Assembly (NCBI RefSeq): GCF_000018465.1
Contig: NC_010085.1
Coordinates: forward strand, 510,001 to 542,000
From: Nitrosopumilus maritimus SCM1
Lineage (GTDB): Archaea; Thermoproteota; Nitrososphaeria; Nitrososphaerales; Nitrosopumilaceae
Length of the DNA: 32,000 nt
Direction: 5' to 3'
Shown: positions 16,808-26,144 of the stretch, piece by piece
How the letters are laid out: each line of letters starts with the position of its first letter
How positions within the stretch are numbered: the first letter of the stretch is position 1
The notes under the pieces: generated by a model
The model's input: the letters and a program-made list of their open reading frames with translations, nothing else
Told to the model about the DNA's origin: nothing
The model's database searches: none
Position numbers and translations under genes: made by a program

Positions 16808-18166
16808 TTAAATTGTGATTACTTTGATTTTTTCTGCCTTGATTGATGGTGTGATAGATGGCAATGATGCCCATTGGATAACATTTTGTTGATTATTTCC
16901 AATCTCTGAAATATTTTTCAACATTGTTGGAAGATTGTGAATTATTCTAACTGATTTTCCTGGATTTTTAATTTCTCCATCTTCAATAATTCTAACTCCA
17001 CTTCTTGCAGTACATGAAAAATCTCCTTTGATGGGATTTACTGCATATGTGTACCATAACCTTCCAACTAGTATTCCGTGTTTTGTATCTTTGATCATAT
17101 CTTCTTGAGAAGTTTTTCCTGAATCAATTTTTAGATTATGCGGGGCTGAAATTGAAATTGGTTCCGAACTTCTGCCCATAGGAGAACCAATTCTGGCACC
17201 ATTTCCTGTTGATTTTTTATTTTCTTTGTAACTATCAAACAAATTTGAAAACGTGTTTTTGAAAACCCCCTTTTCAATCAAATTATTTTTTTGTGTAATA
17301 ACTCCTTCATCATCAACTACTTTTGTTCCTACACCATCTGCCATATGTGGGTCATCTGTTAAGTTAAAATCATCAACTGCAATTTCATCATCAAAATTAT
17401 TTGAAAAACAACTCTTTTTTTCTGAAAATGTCTTAAAATCAAAATTTGATGAGACAACAAATGCTAGCAATTCTCCTACTGAATATGGTTCAAAAATTAT
17501 ATCATAAGTATCTGAATCAATCTTCTTAGGATTTATCGATTCTATGCACATCTTTTTTGCGTCTTCACCAATTTGCTCTGTTGCAAAGTTTGCCAAAATT
17601 CTGCCACTTGCATGACCTATTCCTGATACTGGTAAAATTCCATGTTCTGATTCAGCGTTAATTATTCCTGAAATGTATGTTGATTTGTCTTTGAAGAAAA
17701 GCCCATTGGAATTTTCAATCTCAAATAACTCTGAAACTATGTTCAATGAACCTGTAATCGTATCGATTTTATCAGAATTTGCTGAATTTATCATGGATTG
17801 TGTGATATCCATCATCTCTGAGCCTGAAATTTTATCTAATTTCTCATCAAACGTTCCTTCTAGATTTGTACTTGAAACAGTTGTGGGTAATCCTTGCCAA
17901 AACTCTCTTGGTTTGAGATTTGGGATTGTCAAAAATGCTGAATCAATTGCTTTTTCAATATCTTCTTTTTTTGTGGTTTGAATAGATGCAATTTTTTTGC
18001 CATGAATTATTCTTATTCCAAAACTCTCATCAAAATTTTGTTTAATCTCTGCAATTTCTGAATCCGTGATTCTTACTGTTGTGATATTTTTTTTAACAGA
18101 AACTATTTCACACTCATCGATTTGTTTTTTCTTTGAATGTTGTAATGCCTTTTCTAAGGCAGGCAA
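16808..18166 (-). CDS. PmbA/TldD-family metallopeptidase (peptidase U62)
   Basis: 452 aa. The N-terminal 'EIVSVKKNITTVRITDSEIAEIKQNFDESFGIRIIHGKKI' and the C-terminal Gly-rich blocks are typical of PmbA/TldE. It abuts the cofH stop with a 0-nt gap. Confidence 0.82.
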   Translation of the reverse strand: MPALEKALQHSKKKQIDECEIVSVKKNITTVRITDSEIAEIKQNFDESFGIRIIHGKKIASIQTTKKEDIEKAIDSAFLTIPNLKPREFWQGLPTTVSSTNLEGTFDEKLDKISGSEMMDITQSMINSANSDKIDTITGSLNIVSELFEIENSNGLFFKDKSTYISGIINAESEHGILPVSGIGHASGRILANFATEQIGEDAKKMCIESINPKKIDSDTYDIIFEPYSVGELLAFVVSSNFDFKTFSEKKSCFSNNFDDEIAVDDFNLTDDPHMADGVGTKVVDDEGVITQKNNLIEKGVFKNTFSNLFDSYKENKKSTGNGARIGSPMGRSSEPISISAPHNLKIDSGKTSQEDMIKDTKHGILVGRLWYTYAVNPIKGDFSCTARSGVRIIEDGEIKNPGKSVRIIHNLPTMLKNISEIGNNQQNVIQWASLPSITPSIKAEKIKVITI

Positions 18167-19432
18167 TTATTTTCTCCTTGGGTTTTCATAATTGAATTTG
18201 TTTATCTTAATCAATTCAGTATATGATCCAAACTGTGATGTGTTTGAAATCTTGTCTAATTCGTCTTCGTGCTCTGTGTCATCTTCAAATTTTCGCAATA
18301 TTTCATATTTTGTGTTCCTTTCTGCTGGAATTCTTTTAATTTCTCTTATCATGCGTCTGATTTCTTTTGGTTTTAACAATTGTCCGTGCTCTGAACCTGC
18401 AGAAGTCGAAATACTCTCGTTAATCAAAGTTCCTCCAAAGTCATTAGCTCCCCACATTAACAATAATTGAGACATTTTTTGTCCCTCTTTAACCCAAGAC
18501 ATTTGTATGTTATTGATGTGATTATTCAGCATTATTCTTGCAATTGCATGAGTGAGTAAGACATCATTTCCACTACCTCCTTGTTTGATTCCTTCATGTA
18601 ATTGATGTTTGTACATTGGTGCTTCTGTATGAATAAAGTTAAGTGGAACAAATTCTGTAAACCCTCCTGTCTCTTTTTGAATATCTCTTAATTTCTCAAT
18701 GTGTTTGACTCTGTCTTCTTGTGATTCCAAATGTCCAAACATCATAGTTGATGTTGTGTTTATTCCCATTTTGTGGGCATTTTTGATGACTCTCTCCCAA
18801 TCTTTTACACTTATTCTGCCTGGTGAAATCTTGTCTCTGAGTTCTTGGTCTAAAATCTCTGCAGATGTTCCTGGGAGTGTATCTACTCCTGCTTCCTTCA
18901 TTCGTTTTAGAAATTCTTCTATTTCTACTCCTGAACGTGTTGCGCCATAGAGAATCTCTTCAGGTGAGAATCCATGAATGTGGATATCTGGAACCTCTTT
19001 TTTGATCTCTCTGCAAATGTTTTCATAAACATCTCCTTCCATGTCTGGTGGAAGACCTGCTTGGACGCAAACTTCTGTTGCTCCTAGTTGATGTGCTTCC
19101 TTTGCTCTGCGTACGATTTCTTCTGTTGGAAGAAAATACCCTTCTTCTTCTCTAAAGTCTCTGCTAAATGCACAAAATCCACATTGTTTTATGCAGACAT
19201 TAGTAAAATTGATGTTCCTGTTTACTACGTAAGATACAACATCTCCTACCCTTCTCTTTCTTAGCTCATCTGCAACTAATCCTACTAGGTGAAAATCAAT
19301 ACCTGATGTATCGTACAACTCTAATCCTTCTTTTGATGTAATCTCTTTTTCTGATAGTGCCCGGTTTAGAATTTCTGATACAACTGGATCTGCATTTTTA
19401 AAAAGTGAGTCTATGTTTAGTGTCATCTCCAA
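18167..19432 (-). CDS. cofH: radical SAM enzyme, FO synthase subunit 2 (CofH-like; an MqnC/MqnE-type paralogue not excluded)
   Basis: 'NINFTNVCIKQCGFCAF' is a CxxxCxxC radical-SAM cluster in CofH-like context. It is paired with a CofG-like gene upstream, overlapping by 10 nt. Confidence 0.72.
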   Translation of the reverse strand: MEMTLNIDSLFKNADPVVSEILNRALSEKEITSKEGLELYDTSGIDFHLVGLVADELRKRRVGDVVSYVVNRNINFTNVCIKQCGFCAFSRDFREEEGYFLPTEEIVRRAKEAHQLGATEVCVQAGLPPDMEGDVYENICREIKKEVPDIHIHGFSPEEILYGATRSGVEIEEFLKRMKEAGVDTLPGTSAEILDQELRDKISPGRISVKDWERVIKNAHKMGINTTSTMMFGHLESQEDRVKHIEKLRDIQKETGGFTEFVPLNFIHTEAPMYKHQLHEGIKQGGSGNDVLLTHAIARIMLNNHINNIQMSWVKEGQKMSQLLLMWGANDFGGTLINESISTSAGSEHGQLLKPKEIRRMIREIKRIPAERNTKYEILRKFEDDTEHEDELDKISNTSQFGSYTELIKINKFNYENPRRK

Positions 19433-20595
19433 TACTCCTCTTTTACCAACCCTTCCTCATTTTGAATCTCTTTCATCTTCTCTTGTAGTTCTTTACTAAT
19501 AAAAGAAAAGAATTCCGGGTATATTGGGAATCTGCATTTCAAATCAAATCCTGCACTTTTTGAATTTTCATCGACTTTGTTAATTTCTGGCCAAGAAAAT
19601 TCGGGGTTCACAAAATCAGGAGTCAAAGGTGAAATTCCTCCCCAATCATTAATTCCTACAGACAAAAAACTCTGATAAGACTTTGGAGATAGATTTGGTG
19701 GAATCTGTATGTTCATCTCTGGCATAATTATTCTAGATAGGGCAACAATTGTTTTGAAATATTTTTCATCTGCAGATGGTTCATCTTTCATTCTTGTGTC
19801 TTGTTTTGGTTGGAAATTTTGTAAAATTACCTCTTGAATGTTTCCATATTTCTGGTGTAACTCTTTGATTGTTAATAATGAATCAATGATTTCTTCTATT
19901 GTTTCTCCTATTCCTACAAGAATTCCTGTAGTCATTGGAATTTGTAATTTTCCAGAGTTTTCTAAAATTTCTAATCTTGCTTTTGGTCTTTTACTAGCTG
20001 CCAAATAATGTGGCATTCCTTTTTCTGTTAATCTTTCACTAATGTTTTCAAGCATTAGGCCCATTGAAACATTTGTTTTCTTTAGTTCTTTCATCTCTTC
20101 AAAATTCAAATTTCCTGCATTTGTGTGCGGGAAAAGTCCTTTTTCTAATGCAATTTCTGATGCATGAATTAGATATTCTGATGTAGATGTGAATCCATTT
20201 TCTTTTAGCCAGTCTTTTGCTTCTTGGTATCTTTGTTCTGGTTGTTCCCCTGTTACAAACAATGCTTCAACACATCTGTATTTTTTTGCAAGATCTAGTA
20301 ATTCTGTAATTTGTTGTTTTGACATTAATGATAGTTTCTCTTCTCCGGGCTCTGCTTTGTATGTACAGTATGAACAACTGTCTTTACAGAGATTAACAAT
20401 GTTGAAGAATGCTTTTTTTGAAAATGTTACAGAATTCCCTTTGTGTTTTTTTCTTAGAACTTGTGCTGTTGAAAAAAGTTCATTTGGGTTTTTTATTGCA
20501 TTATGATAAATTTCTAAAATACTGTGACGAGAGATTTCTTTATTGTCTAAAACATTGTTTAAACTCTCAGAATTTAATACAAGTTTGCTCAACAA
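19423..20595 (-). CDS. cofG: radical SAM enzyme, FO synthase subunit 1 (CofG-like)
   Basis: 'FFNIVNLCKDSCSYCTY' cluster motif, 390 aa, adjacent to and overlapping the cofH-like gene. Confidence 0.72.
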   Translation of the reverse strand: MLSKLVLNSESLNNVLDNKEISRHSILEIYHNAIKNPNELFSTAQVLRKKHKGNSVTFSKKAFFNIVNLCKDSCSYCTYKAEPGEEKLSLMSKQQITELLDLAKKYRCVEALFVTGEQPEQRYQEAKDWLKENGFTSTSEYLIHASEIALEKGLFPHTNAGNLNFEEMKELKKTNVSMGLMLENISERLTEKGMPHYLAASKRPKARLEILENSGKLQIPMTTGILVGIGETIEEIIDSLLTIKELHQKYGNIQEVILQNFQPKQDTRMKDEPSADEKYFKTIVALSRIIMPEMNIQIPPNLSPKSYQSFLSVGINDWGGISPLTPDFVNPEFSWPEINKVDENSKSAGFDLKCRFPIYPEFFSFISKELQEKMKEIQNEEGLVKEEYWR

Positions 20596-20633
20596 AATGG
20601 TTCTTGACTATGACTATTTATGCTTGTATAACA

Positions 20634-21773
20634 CTAATTTCCATTTGGTCTTTCTTGAAGAATAATTGAGATGTCTGTAGTCCTACCATCTCTTAAAACC
20701 TCTAAAACCATCTCATCTCCAACTGATTTTGCTCTTTGAAGATGAATCAAAATATCGTCTATTTTTCTCACTTCAATTCCATCTACTGCTAAAATTATAT
20801 CTCCTCCCATTGGATAATTTACTCCGTCAACATCGATTGTTTTCTCTGAACCTATCAGTCCCGCTTTTGATGCTGGACTGTCTTCTATCACTGTCACAAC
20901 CAAAAATCCTACTGCATCTGGAAGTTCTAGAACTTTAGCCAAATCAGGATCAATATCTCTTCCAGAAATTCCAATCCATGGGTGTTTGTAATCTCCATCT
21001 TCAATTAATGTTGGAACTATCTTTGCAACTGTTTGTGATGGGATTGCAAATCCAACTCCCGTAAATTCTCCTGTGGCTGATTGAATTGCTGTGTTAATTC
21101 CTACAATCTCTCCTCTCATATTCAACAGTGGACCTCCAGAGTTTCCTGGATTGATGGCAGCATCTGTTTGAATAACATCTGGAATTGAATATCCAGAACC
21201 TGATGGAAGTAGTCGACCTAATTGACTAACTATGCCTGATGTCATAGAGCCAGATAGCCCAAATGGGTTTCCTATTGCTGCAATGGGCTCTCCTACTTTG
21301 AGATTAGAAGAATCCCCAATTGAGAGTGGATGCAATAATGCCAAATCTGCATTTACTTTTACTACTGCAAGGTCTGTAAATTCATCTGTTCCAATAATTT
21401 CTGCATTATATGATCTACCGTCAAGAAATGTTATGATGATTTTTTTTGCATCATCAATTACATGTTCGTTTGTTATTATGTGACCTTGTTTGTCAAACAC
21501 AAAACCTGAACCCACTCCTCCTACATCTGACACTTCTTCTCTTTGAACATTAACTCTAACAACACCTGGTTCTGATTTTTCAAATATCTCAATTAGTGAT
21601 AGATCTTTTGAATAAACTGGAGTGACTTCTCCTACAGTACTTGGACCATGACCGTTACTTACTACGATATCGGGTTTTACTGATTCAGGTGGAGATACAA
21701 ACAAAACTGCAAAAATTGCTACTACAATTACGGCACCTATTGCTCCTCCTACAAACACTCCTGATTTATCCAT
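20634..21773 (-). CDS. HtrA/DegP-family serine protease with N-terminal TM anchor and C-terminal PDZ domain
   Basis: Catalytic-triad contexts are present: 'ITNEHVI', 'DLAVVKV' and 'GNSGGPLLN'. The C-terminal PDZ-like region includes 'GDIILAVDG'. Confidence 0.9.
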   Translation of the reverse strand: MDKSGVFVGGAIGAVIVVAIFAVLFVSPPESVKPDIVVSNGHGPSTVGEVTPVYSKDLSLIEIFEKSEPGVVRVNVQREEVSDVGGVGSGFVFDKQGHIITNEHVIDDAKKIIITFLDGRSYNAEIIGTDEFTDLAVVKVNADLALLHPLSIGDSSNLKVGEPIAAIGNPFGLSGSMTSGIVSQLGRLLPSGSGYSIPDVIQTDAAINPGNSGGPLLNMRGEIVGINTAIQSATGEFTGVGFAIPSQTVAKIVPTLIEDGDYKHPWIGISGRDIDPDLAKVLELPDAVGFLVVTVIEDSPASKAGLIGSEKTIDVDGVNYPMGGDIILAVDGIEVRKIDDILIHLQRAKSVGDEMVLEVLRDGRTTDISIILQERPNGN

Positions 21774-21811
21774 GAGATTTTTTATTTCCTATTTTACATC
21801 TAAAAGGCTTG

Positions 21812-23020
21812 CTATACGCTAATCGAACTTTGAGAGTGATCTTTCATAGAGTAACTCCTTCCCCTCCAAGTAACTGATGATGTTTTTTTAGCTTGCAATA
21901 ATCCACTCAAAAATCCTAACACAACTACAAGGCTTCCAAGTGGAGCAAATATTGCATATCTAAATTTTAATTCTAATCCTATTTTGGCTTCAATCACTGC
22001 TCCAATGTAAATTAACAATGATGCTGCAAACGCCGTTGCACAAAGAATTTTTGATGATAATGTTTCTGCAGGTAACAAAATAGATGTTGCAAAAATTGGA
22101 AATGGTACAAAAAGCAAAAACAATACTGCAAAGAAAATTCCTATTGCGATTTTCCCACTTTGAAGATACAAAGGTATCATCAATCTTTTTAGTGCATTCC
22201 AAAGGGTACTTTTGTCTCTTGCCCAAACTGCTTCTACTAGATGTTCTCCTCTTACCATCTTCATTTTGTATCCTGCTTCCTTTACTTTTTTTCCAAGTGC
22301 CCCATCTTCAATTATTTCGTGTTTGACTCCCTCATGCATACCAACTTGTTCATACGTACTTTTCTTCAAAATGAAAAAACTACCAAAAAAATAACCTGTC
22401 TTTTTTGATGGATTGTTCACATTTAGTGCAGAGAATCTTGTATGCAAAAACGTAGAAATCATTGGAAGGGTAATGTTTGTCCAAAAATCAAATGTGAGCA
22501 TTTTTGGTATGGTTGATAATGCATCTAGTTCAAATGATAAAAGATGTGAGACCGCAAGTGATATGACATTTTTTTTATGTGTAGTGTCTGCATCTGTAAA
22601 TAACAATAGTTCTCCTGTTGCTTTTCTATATCCTTCCATACATGCCCAGTTTTTTCCCATCCATCCTTCAGGTTTTTCTCTTGCAGAAACATGAATGACT
22701 TTGGAGTTTTTCTTTGCATATTCTGAAATTATTTTTCCCGTAGAATCTTCTGATGAATCATCAATTACAATAATTTCATAATCTTTGTAATCCTGATCAA
22801 TTAATGAATCCAAACATTTTCCAAGAAACTCTTCTTCGTTTCTTGCAGGTAAAATTATTGAAACTTTGGGAAATCCCTTTGATGTATTTTCAAATCTATC
22901 CAAGTAAGGTGTTAATCTAAATGAATCAACCATTGATTTTATCAAAAATAACCACGCTCCACATATTCCAATTAGGATTGCTGATAATGAATAATTCAAA
23001 ACATCAAATGCTATTTCCAT
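21812..23020 (-). CDS. family 2 glycosyltransferase with C-terminal membrane domain
   Basis: 'VSIILPARNEEEFLGKCLDSLIDQDYKDYEIIVIDDSSEDST' and 'FTDADT' (DxD) are present, with several C-terminal TM helices. Confidence 0.85.
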   Translation of the reverse strand: MEIAFDVLNYSLSAILIGICGAWLFLIKSMVDSFRLTPYLDRFENTSKGFPKVSIILPARNEEEFLGKCLDSLIDQDYKDYEIIVIDDSSEDSTGKIISEYAKKNSKVIHVSAREKPEGWMGKNWACMEGYRKATGELLLFTDADTTHKKNVISLAVSHLLSFELDALSTIPKMLTFDFWTNITLPMISTFLHTRFSALNVNNPSKKTGYFFGSFFILKKSTYEQVGMHEGVKHEIIEDGALGKKVKEAGYKMKMVRGEHLVEAVWARDKSTLWNALKRLMIPLYLQSGKIAIGIFFAVLFLLFVPFPIFATSILLPAETLSSKILCATAFAASLLIYIGAVIEAKIGLELKFRYAIFAPLGSLVVVLGFLSGLLQAKKTSSVTWRGRSYSMKDHSQSSISV

Positions 23021-23023
23021 AAA

Positions 23024-23440
23024 CTATCTCTCTATCTCTTCTTTGATGCTTTGCATGGCTTGTTCTGTACCACTTTTTATGTGATTTTTTATCATACCTG
23101 TAAACATACTCATCATTCCTGTTAGTTTTACATCCCACACTGTTTGCAGTGTAGTTTCATCACCTTCTGGAATTACTGATACTATTTTTTCACCATTAAT
23201 GATGCCTTTGGTAAATTTTGCATGAATCTGTTTCATTGGGTCTATGGTAACTTCTTGCATACACTTTTGATCCCGAAATGCTATTGTTATCTCTCTGTTG
23301 ATGGTGTTTTCATTTTTTGAAATGTTTCTAACTTCTTTTGTTCCCTTCCAAAATTTTGGTTCATTGTCAATATCTGAAACCACTGTCCAAACTTTTTCTA
23401 CAGGTGCATTGATTTTGACTTTGACTTCTATTGTGGCCAT
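23024..23440 (-). CDS. SRPBCC (START/polyketide cyclase-dehydrase-like) ligand-binding protein
   Basis: 'IEVKVKINAPVEKVWTVVSDIDNEPKFW' is a typical SRPBCC N-terminus. Its stop lies 3 nt upstream of the GT2 start. Confidence 0.72.
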   Translation of the reverse strand: MATIEVKVKINAPVEKVWTVVSDIDNEPKFWKGTKEVRNISKNENTINREITIAFRDQKCMQEVTIDPMKQIHAKFTKGIINGEKIVSVIPEGDETTLQTVWDVKLTGMMSMFTGMIKNHIKSGTEQAMQSIKEEIER

Positions 23441-23595
23441 GCGACATAATTACTCATTCCGCATTAAATATATTAGATTCCAACTTTATTGCAAATAGAC
23501 TGTGATGGGCAACATGCCTAAAATCCAGAACAGTAACTCCAGTTCTAATGGCATTTGCCATTCTTCCGTCACAGTCAATCAATCTTTGAAAGAAA

Positions 23596-23811
23596 ATGAA
23601 ACCCTCGAAATACATGCCAAAAATAGGAACCTTTGATGGTGTAGGCTTTTGGAAAAATGCATATGCACACCAACGCGGAAAATTATTGAAAAAAGTCAAT
23701 GTCCCTGAAGATCAAATTATAGAACTGGTAAACAAAAAGTACATGGAACTCCCTGCGCCACTACGATATGAAATTGAAACTAGTGGTATTGATAAAAAAG
23801 AATTACAATAA
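23596..23811 (+). CDS. hypothetical small protein (71 aa; possibly starting at ATG 23614)
   Basis: The plus-strand ORF has balanced composition. The overlapping minus-strand ORF 23454-23699 is Phe-rich and looks like an antisense shadow. Confidence 0.45.
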   Translation: MKPSKYMPKIGTFDGVGFWKNAYAHQRGKLLKKVNVPEDQIIELVNKKYMELPAPLRYEIETSGIDKKELQ

Positions 23812-23848
23812 TCAAAATTCATTTAAGAGGCAAAGTTTGTGTCACTTC

Positions 23849-24178
23849 ATGTCGCATGTTTCATATGATGATTTTGCAAAACTCGATATCAGAGTCGCAA
23901 AGATTATTGACACAGAACCTATTGAAGGAAAATCTAGAATTATCAAAGGTAAAATTGATTTGGGAAATGATGATCAGCGTGATGTAATTATTGGTGGTGC
24001 ACAATACTTTCAACCAGAAGATATTGTTGGAAAAACTGTGATTGTTCTTGCAAACTTGGAACCAAAAAAAATGGCTGGAGTAGAATCTAATGCGATGCTT
24101 TTAGCTGCAGATGTTGATGATAAACCATTTTGGTTAACTGTTAAAGAAGACGTTCCACTTGGCAGTCCTATCAAATAA
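23849..24178 (+). CDS. tRNA-binding domain protein (Trbp111/CsaA-like OB fold)
   Basis: 'FAKLDIRVAKIIDTEPIEGKSRIIKGKIDLG...VIVLANLEPKKMAGVESNAMLLAA' matches the MetRS-C/Trbp111 domain. ATG 23849 is chosen over the upstream ORF-track start. Confidence 0.85.
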   Translation: MSHVSYDDFAKLDIRVAKIIDTEPIEGKSRIIKGKIDLGNDDQRDVIIGGAQYFQPEDIVGKTVIVLANLEPKKMAGVESNAMLLAADVDDKPFWLTVKEDVPLGSPIK

Positions 24179-24313
24179 TTTTTGTATAATTCCTTTAGTT
24201 TAATTCATTTTTTCAAATCTCTCTTGACAATATGCTGTTCTAAATTGGATGATTGCAATTGAAAATTTGTGTGCCTTTATAACTAAAATTTAGAAAATTA
24301 ATGAAAATATGTT

Positions 24314-24337
24314 TGATTTATGACTAGTCATAAATCA
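24314..24337. terminator. 24-bp perfect palindrome (tgatttatgactagtcataaatca) centred on the TBP stop codon, between convergent genes
   Basis: All 12 base pairs were checked symmetric around 24325/24326. It overlaps the TAG of TBP (24324-24326). This may be a bidirectional terminator hairpin or a protein-binding site. Confidence 0.35.
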
Positions 24338-24884
24338 TGAGATCTTTTTCTTCTAGTAATGCATGTAGATTATTTACTGATCTGTAAACATCTGGCTCTT
24401 TCTTTGCTCCTGTACAGACAAGTTTTCCTGAGGAAAATAACAAAATGACTGTTTTAGGATCTAGCATTCTATGAATAAGTCCTGGAAACTGTTCTGGTTC
24501 ATACATACTTCTTGGCAATGTTCTTGCAGCTTGTTCCAAGTGGATTTTTCCTCCAAGATTAATTGATGCAACAATGTTTTGAATTTCTACAACCGCATCT
24601 TTCTTTACTTTAATTCCACCTTTTCGAAGTTTTTGAACAACTGTTTTTACTGCTTTTCTTGCCATCTCTTCTGATTTAGAACCGGTACATACCATTTTAC
24701 CTGAAGTGAAAATCAATGTTGCAGTTTTTGGACTCTTTAATCTGAAAACTAATCCTGGAAATTGATCAGGATGATATTCTACATCAGGAAATGTTCTTGT
24801 AATTTCATTCAAGTCCATCTTTTGATCAACAGATGCTGATGCTACTACATTTTCCACACTTACGATAGGTTTGGTTTGTGGCAT
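24324..24884 (-). CDS. tbp: TATA-box binding protein
   Basis: Two direct repeats have the canonical 'ENVVASASV...FPGLVFRL...TATLIFTSGKMVCTG' and 'QNIVASINL...FPGLIHRM...VILLFSSGKLVCTG' structure. Confidence 0.96.
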   Translation of the reverse strand: MPQTKPIVSVENVVASASVDQKMDLNEITRTFPDVEYHPDQFPGLVFRLKSPKTATLIFTSGKMVCTGSKSEEMARKAVKTVVQKLRKGGIKVKKDAVVEIQNIVASINLGGKIHLEQAARTLPRSMYEPEQFPGLIHRMLDPKTVILLFSSGKLVCTGAKKEPDVYRSVNNLHALLEEKDLMIYD

Positions 24885-25022
24885 ATTCGATTTTTTTGTA
24901 TTTTAACTATAATAAAAGCACTCGCCATCTTTTTTCGTATTTGTAGGCATTTTTTACAACTTTTTGGCCCTATTTACTATTAGACGAATGGTTTAATTGA
25001 GATCTGACGATCGGGGAATTTA

Positions 25023-26144
25023 GTGGATTTTACAAATTTTGATATTGATCAATTGTTTGGGATGAAAGACGATTCTAATCCTCTGATGATGTTGATTTGG
25101 ATTCTACCAATTGTTATTTTCATTTTTTATGGTCAACGAATTCAACTGTATGTCACATCAGGTGAAATAAAAAAAGGAATAAAAAAACTAGATGGATTTC
25201 GTGAAGAATCTAGAAATGAATTAATCACTTACATTAACAAACATCTCAGCCCAAAAAATAATCCTGAAAAAAAGATTGATCAATTCTTAGAATATTTTAC
25301 CATCATGCCTGTTGATATGGATCCTAATGGTATTGTTGAAAAAGTACAACATACTGTAAGGTCAAGAGAAGATTACACTCGTGAACATGTTAAATCACTT
25401 TTTTCAGAAATTAATGAAATTGAATTATCTAAAGTCCAAACTTTGCTTGAAATTGCATCTTCATTGCAAATGATACATAAAATTATCAATCACATGTTTT
25501 TGACTGCAAAAAAACAAAACAATTATCCGTTAATCTTGCCCCTCCAAATGATTCTTCCTTTTATAATGGAACAGGCAGAAGCAATGAAAGAAGCCATTCC
25601 AGTATTTAAAACAGGGCAACCCGTAGGTGATGGAATTGGTCCTATGGTTGTTGGGAAAATGATGTTAAATAGTCCAAAAGAAATCATTTCATTTCAAACA
25701 GCACTTGCACAAACTACATTTGAAAATCGAAATCTGTTTTTATTAAAAGCAGAAGGACCTGGTTCCACTGTTGGCAGACCTTCTGATGCATTACAATCAA
25801 TTGTTTCTAAAAATAAAATTGATGCTGTAATTATGATTGATGCTGCATTGAAAATGGAGGGTGAAGACTCTGCATCTATCGCAAGAGGATTTGGTGCTGC
25901 CATTGGTGGTATTGGAACTGAAAAATTCCATATTGAAGCTGTAGCAACTGACAATCAAATTCCAATATTTTCTATTGTAGTAAAACAATCAGTAAAAGAA
26001 GCTATTACTCTGATGACAAAAGAAATTGCAGACCAAGCAGATGATGTTCGCTCACAAGTTTATGAAATAATTCTAGAAAATACCAAGGAAGGCCAATCTG
26101 TAGTTGTTATTGGTGTTGGAAATACTATAGGAGTTCCTCAATAA
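25023..26144 (+). CDS. conserved archaeal membrane-anchored protein (resembles the DUF1512 family; recalled from memory, unverified)
   Basis: 373 aa with an N-terminal TM ('LMMLIWILPIVIFIFYGQRIQ') followed by a soluble domain. GTG start at 25023; alternative ATG at 25062. Confidence 0.6.
   Translation: MDFTNFDIDQLFGMKDDSNPLMMLIWILPIVIFIFYGQRIQLYVTSGEIKKGIKKLDGFREESRNELITYINKHLSPKNNPEKKIDQFLEYFTIMPVDMDPNGIVEKVQHTVRSREDYTREHVKSLFSEINEIELSKVQTLLEIASSLQMIHKIINHMFLTAKKQNNYPLILPLQMILPFIMEQAEAMKEAIPVFKTGQPVGDGIGPMVVGKMMLNSPKEIISFQTALAQTTFENRNLFLLKAEGPGSTVGRPSDALQSIVSKNKIDAVIMIDAALKMEGEDSASIARGFGAAIGGIGTEKFHIEAVATDNQIPIFSIVVKQSVKEAITLMTKEIADQADDVRSQVYEIILENTKEGQSVVVIGVGNTIGVPQ

Noticed and set aside
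23454-23699. 81-aa minus-strand ORF
   Set aside because: The translation is Phe-rich and shadow-like. It overlaps the more plausible plus-strand ORF 23596-23811 and the structured element 23498-23576.
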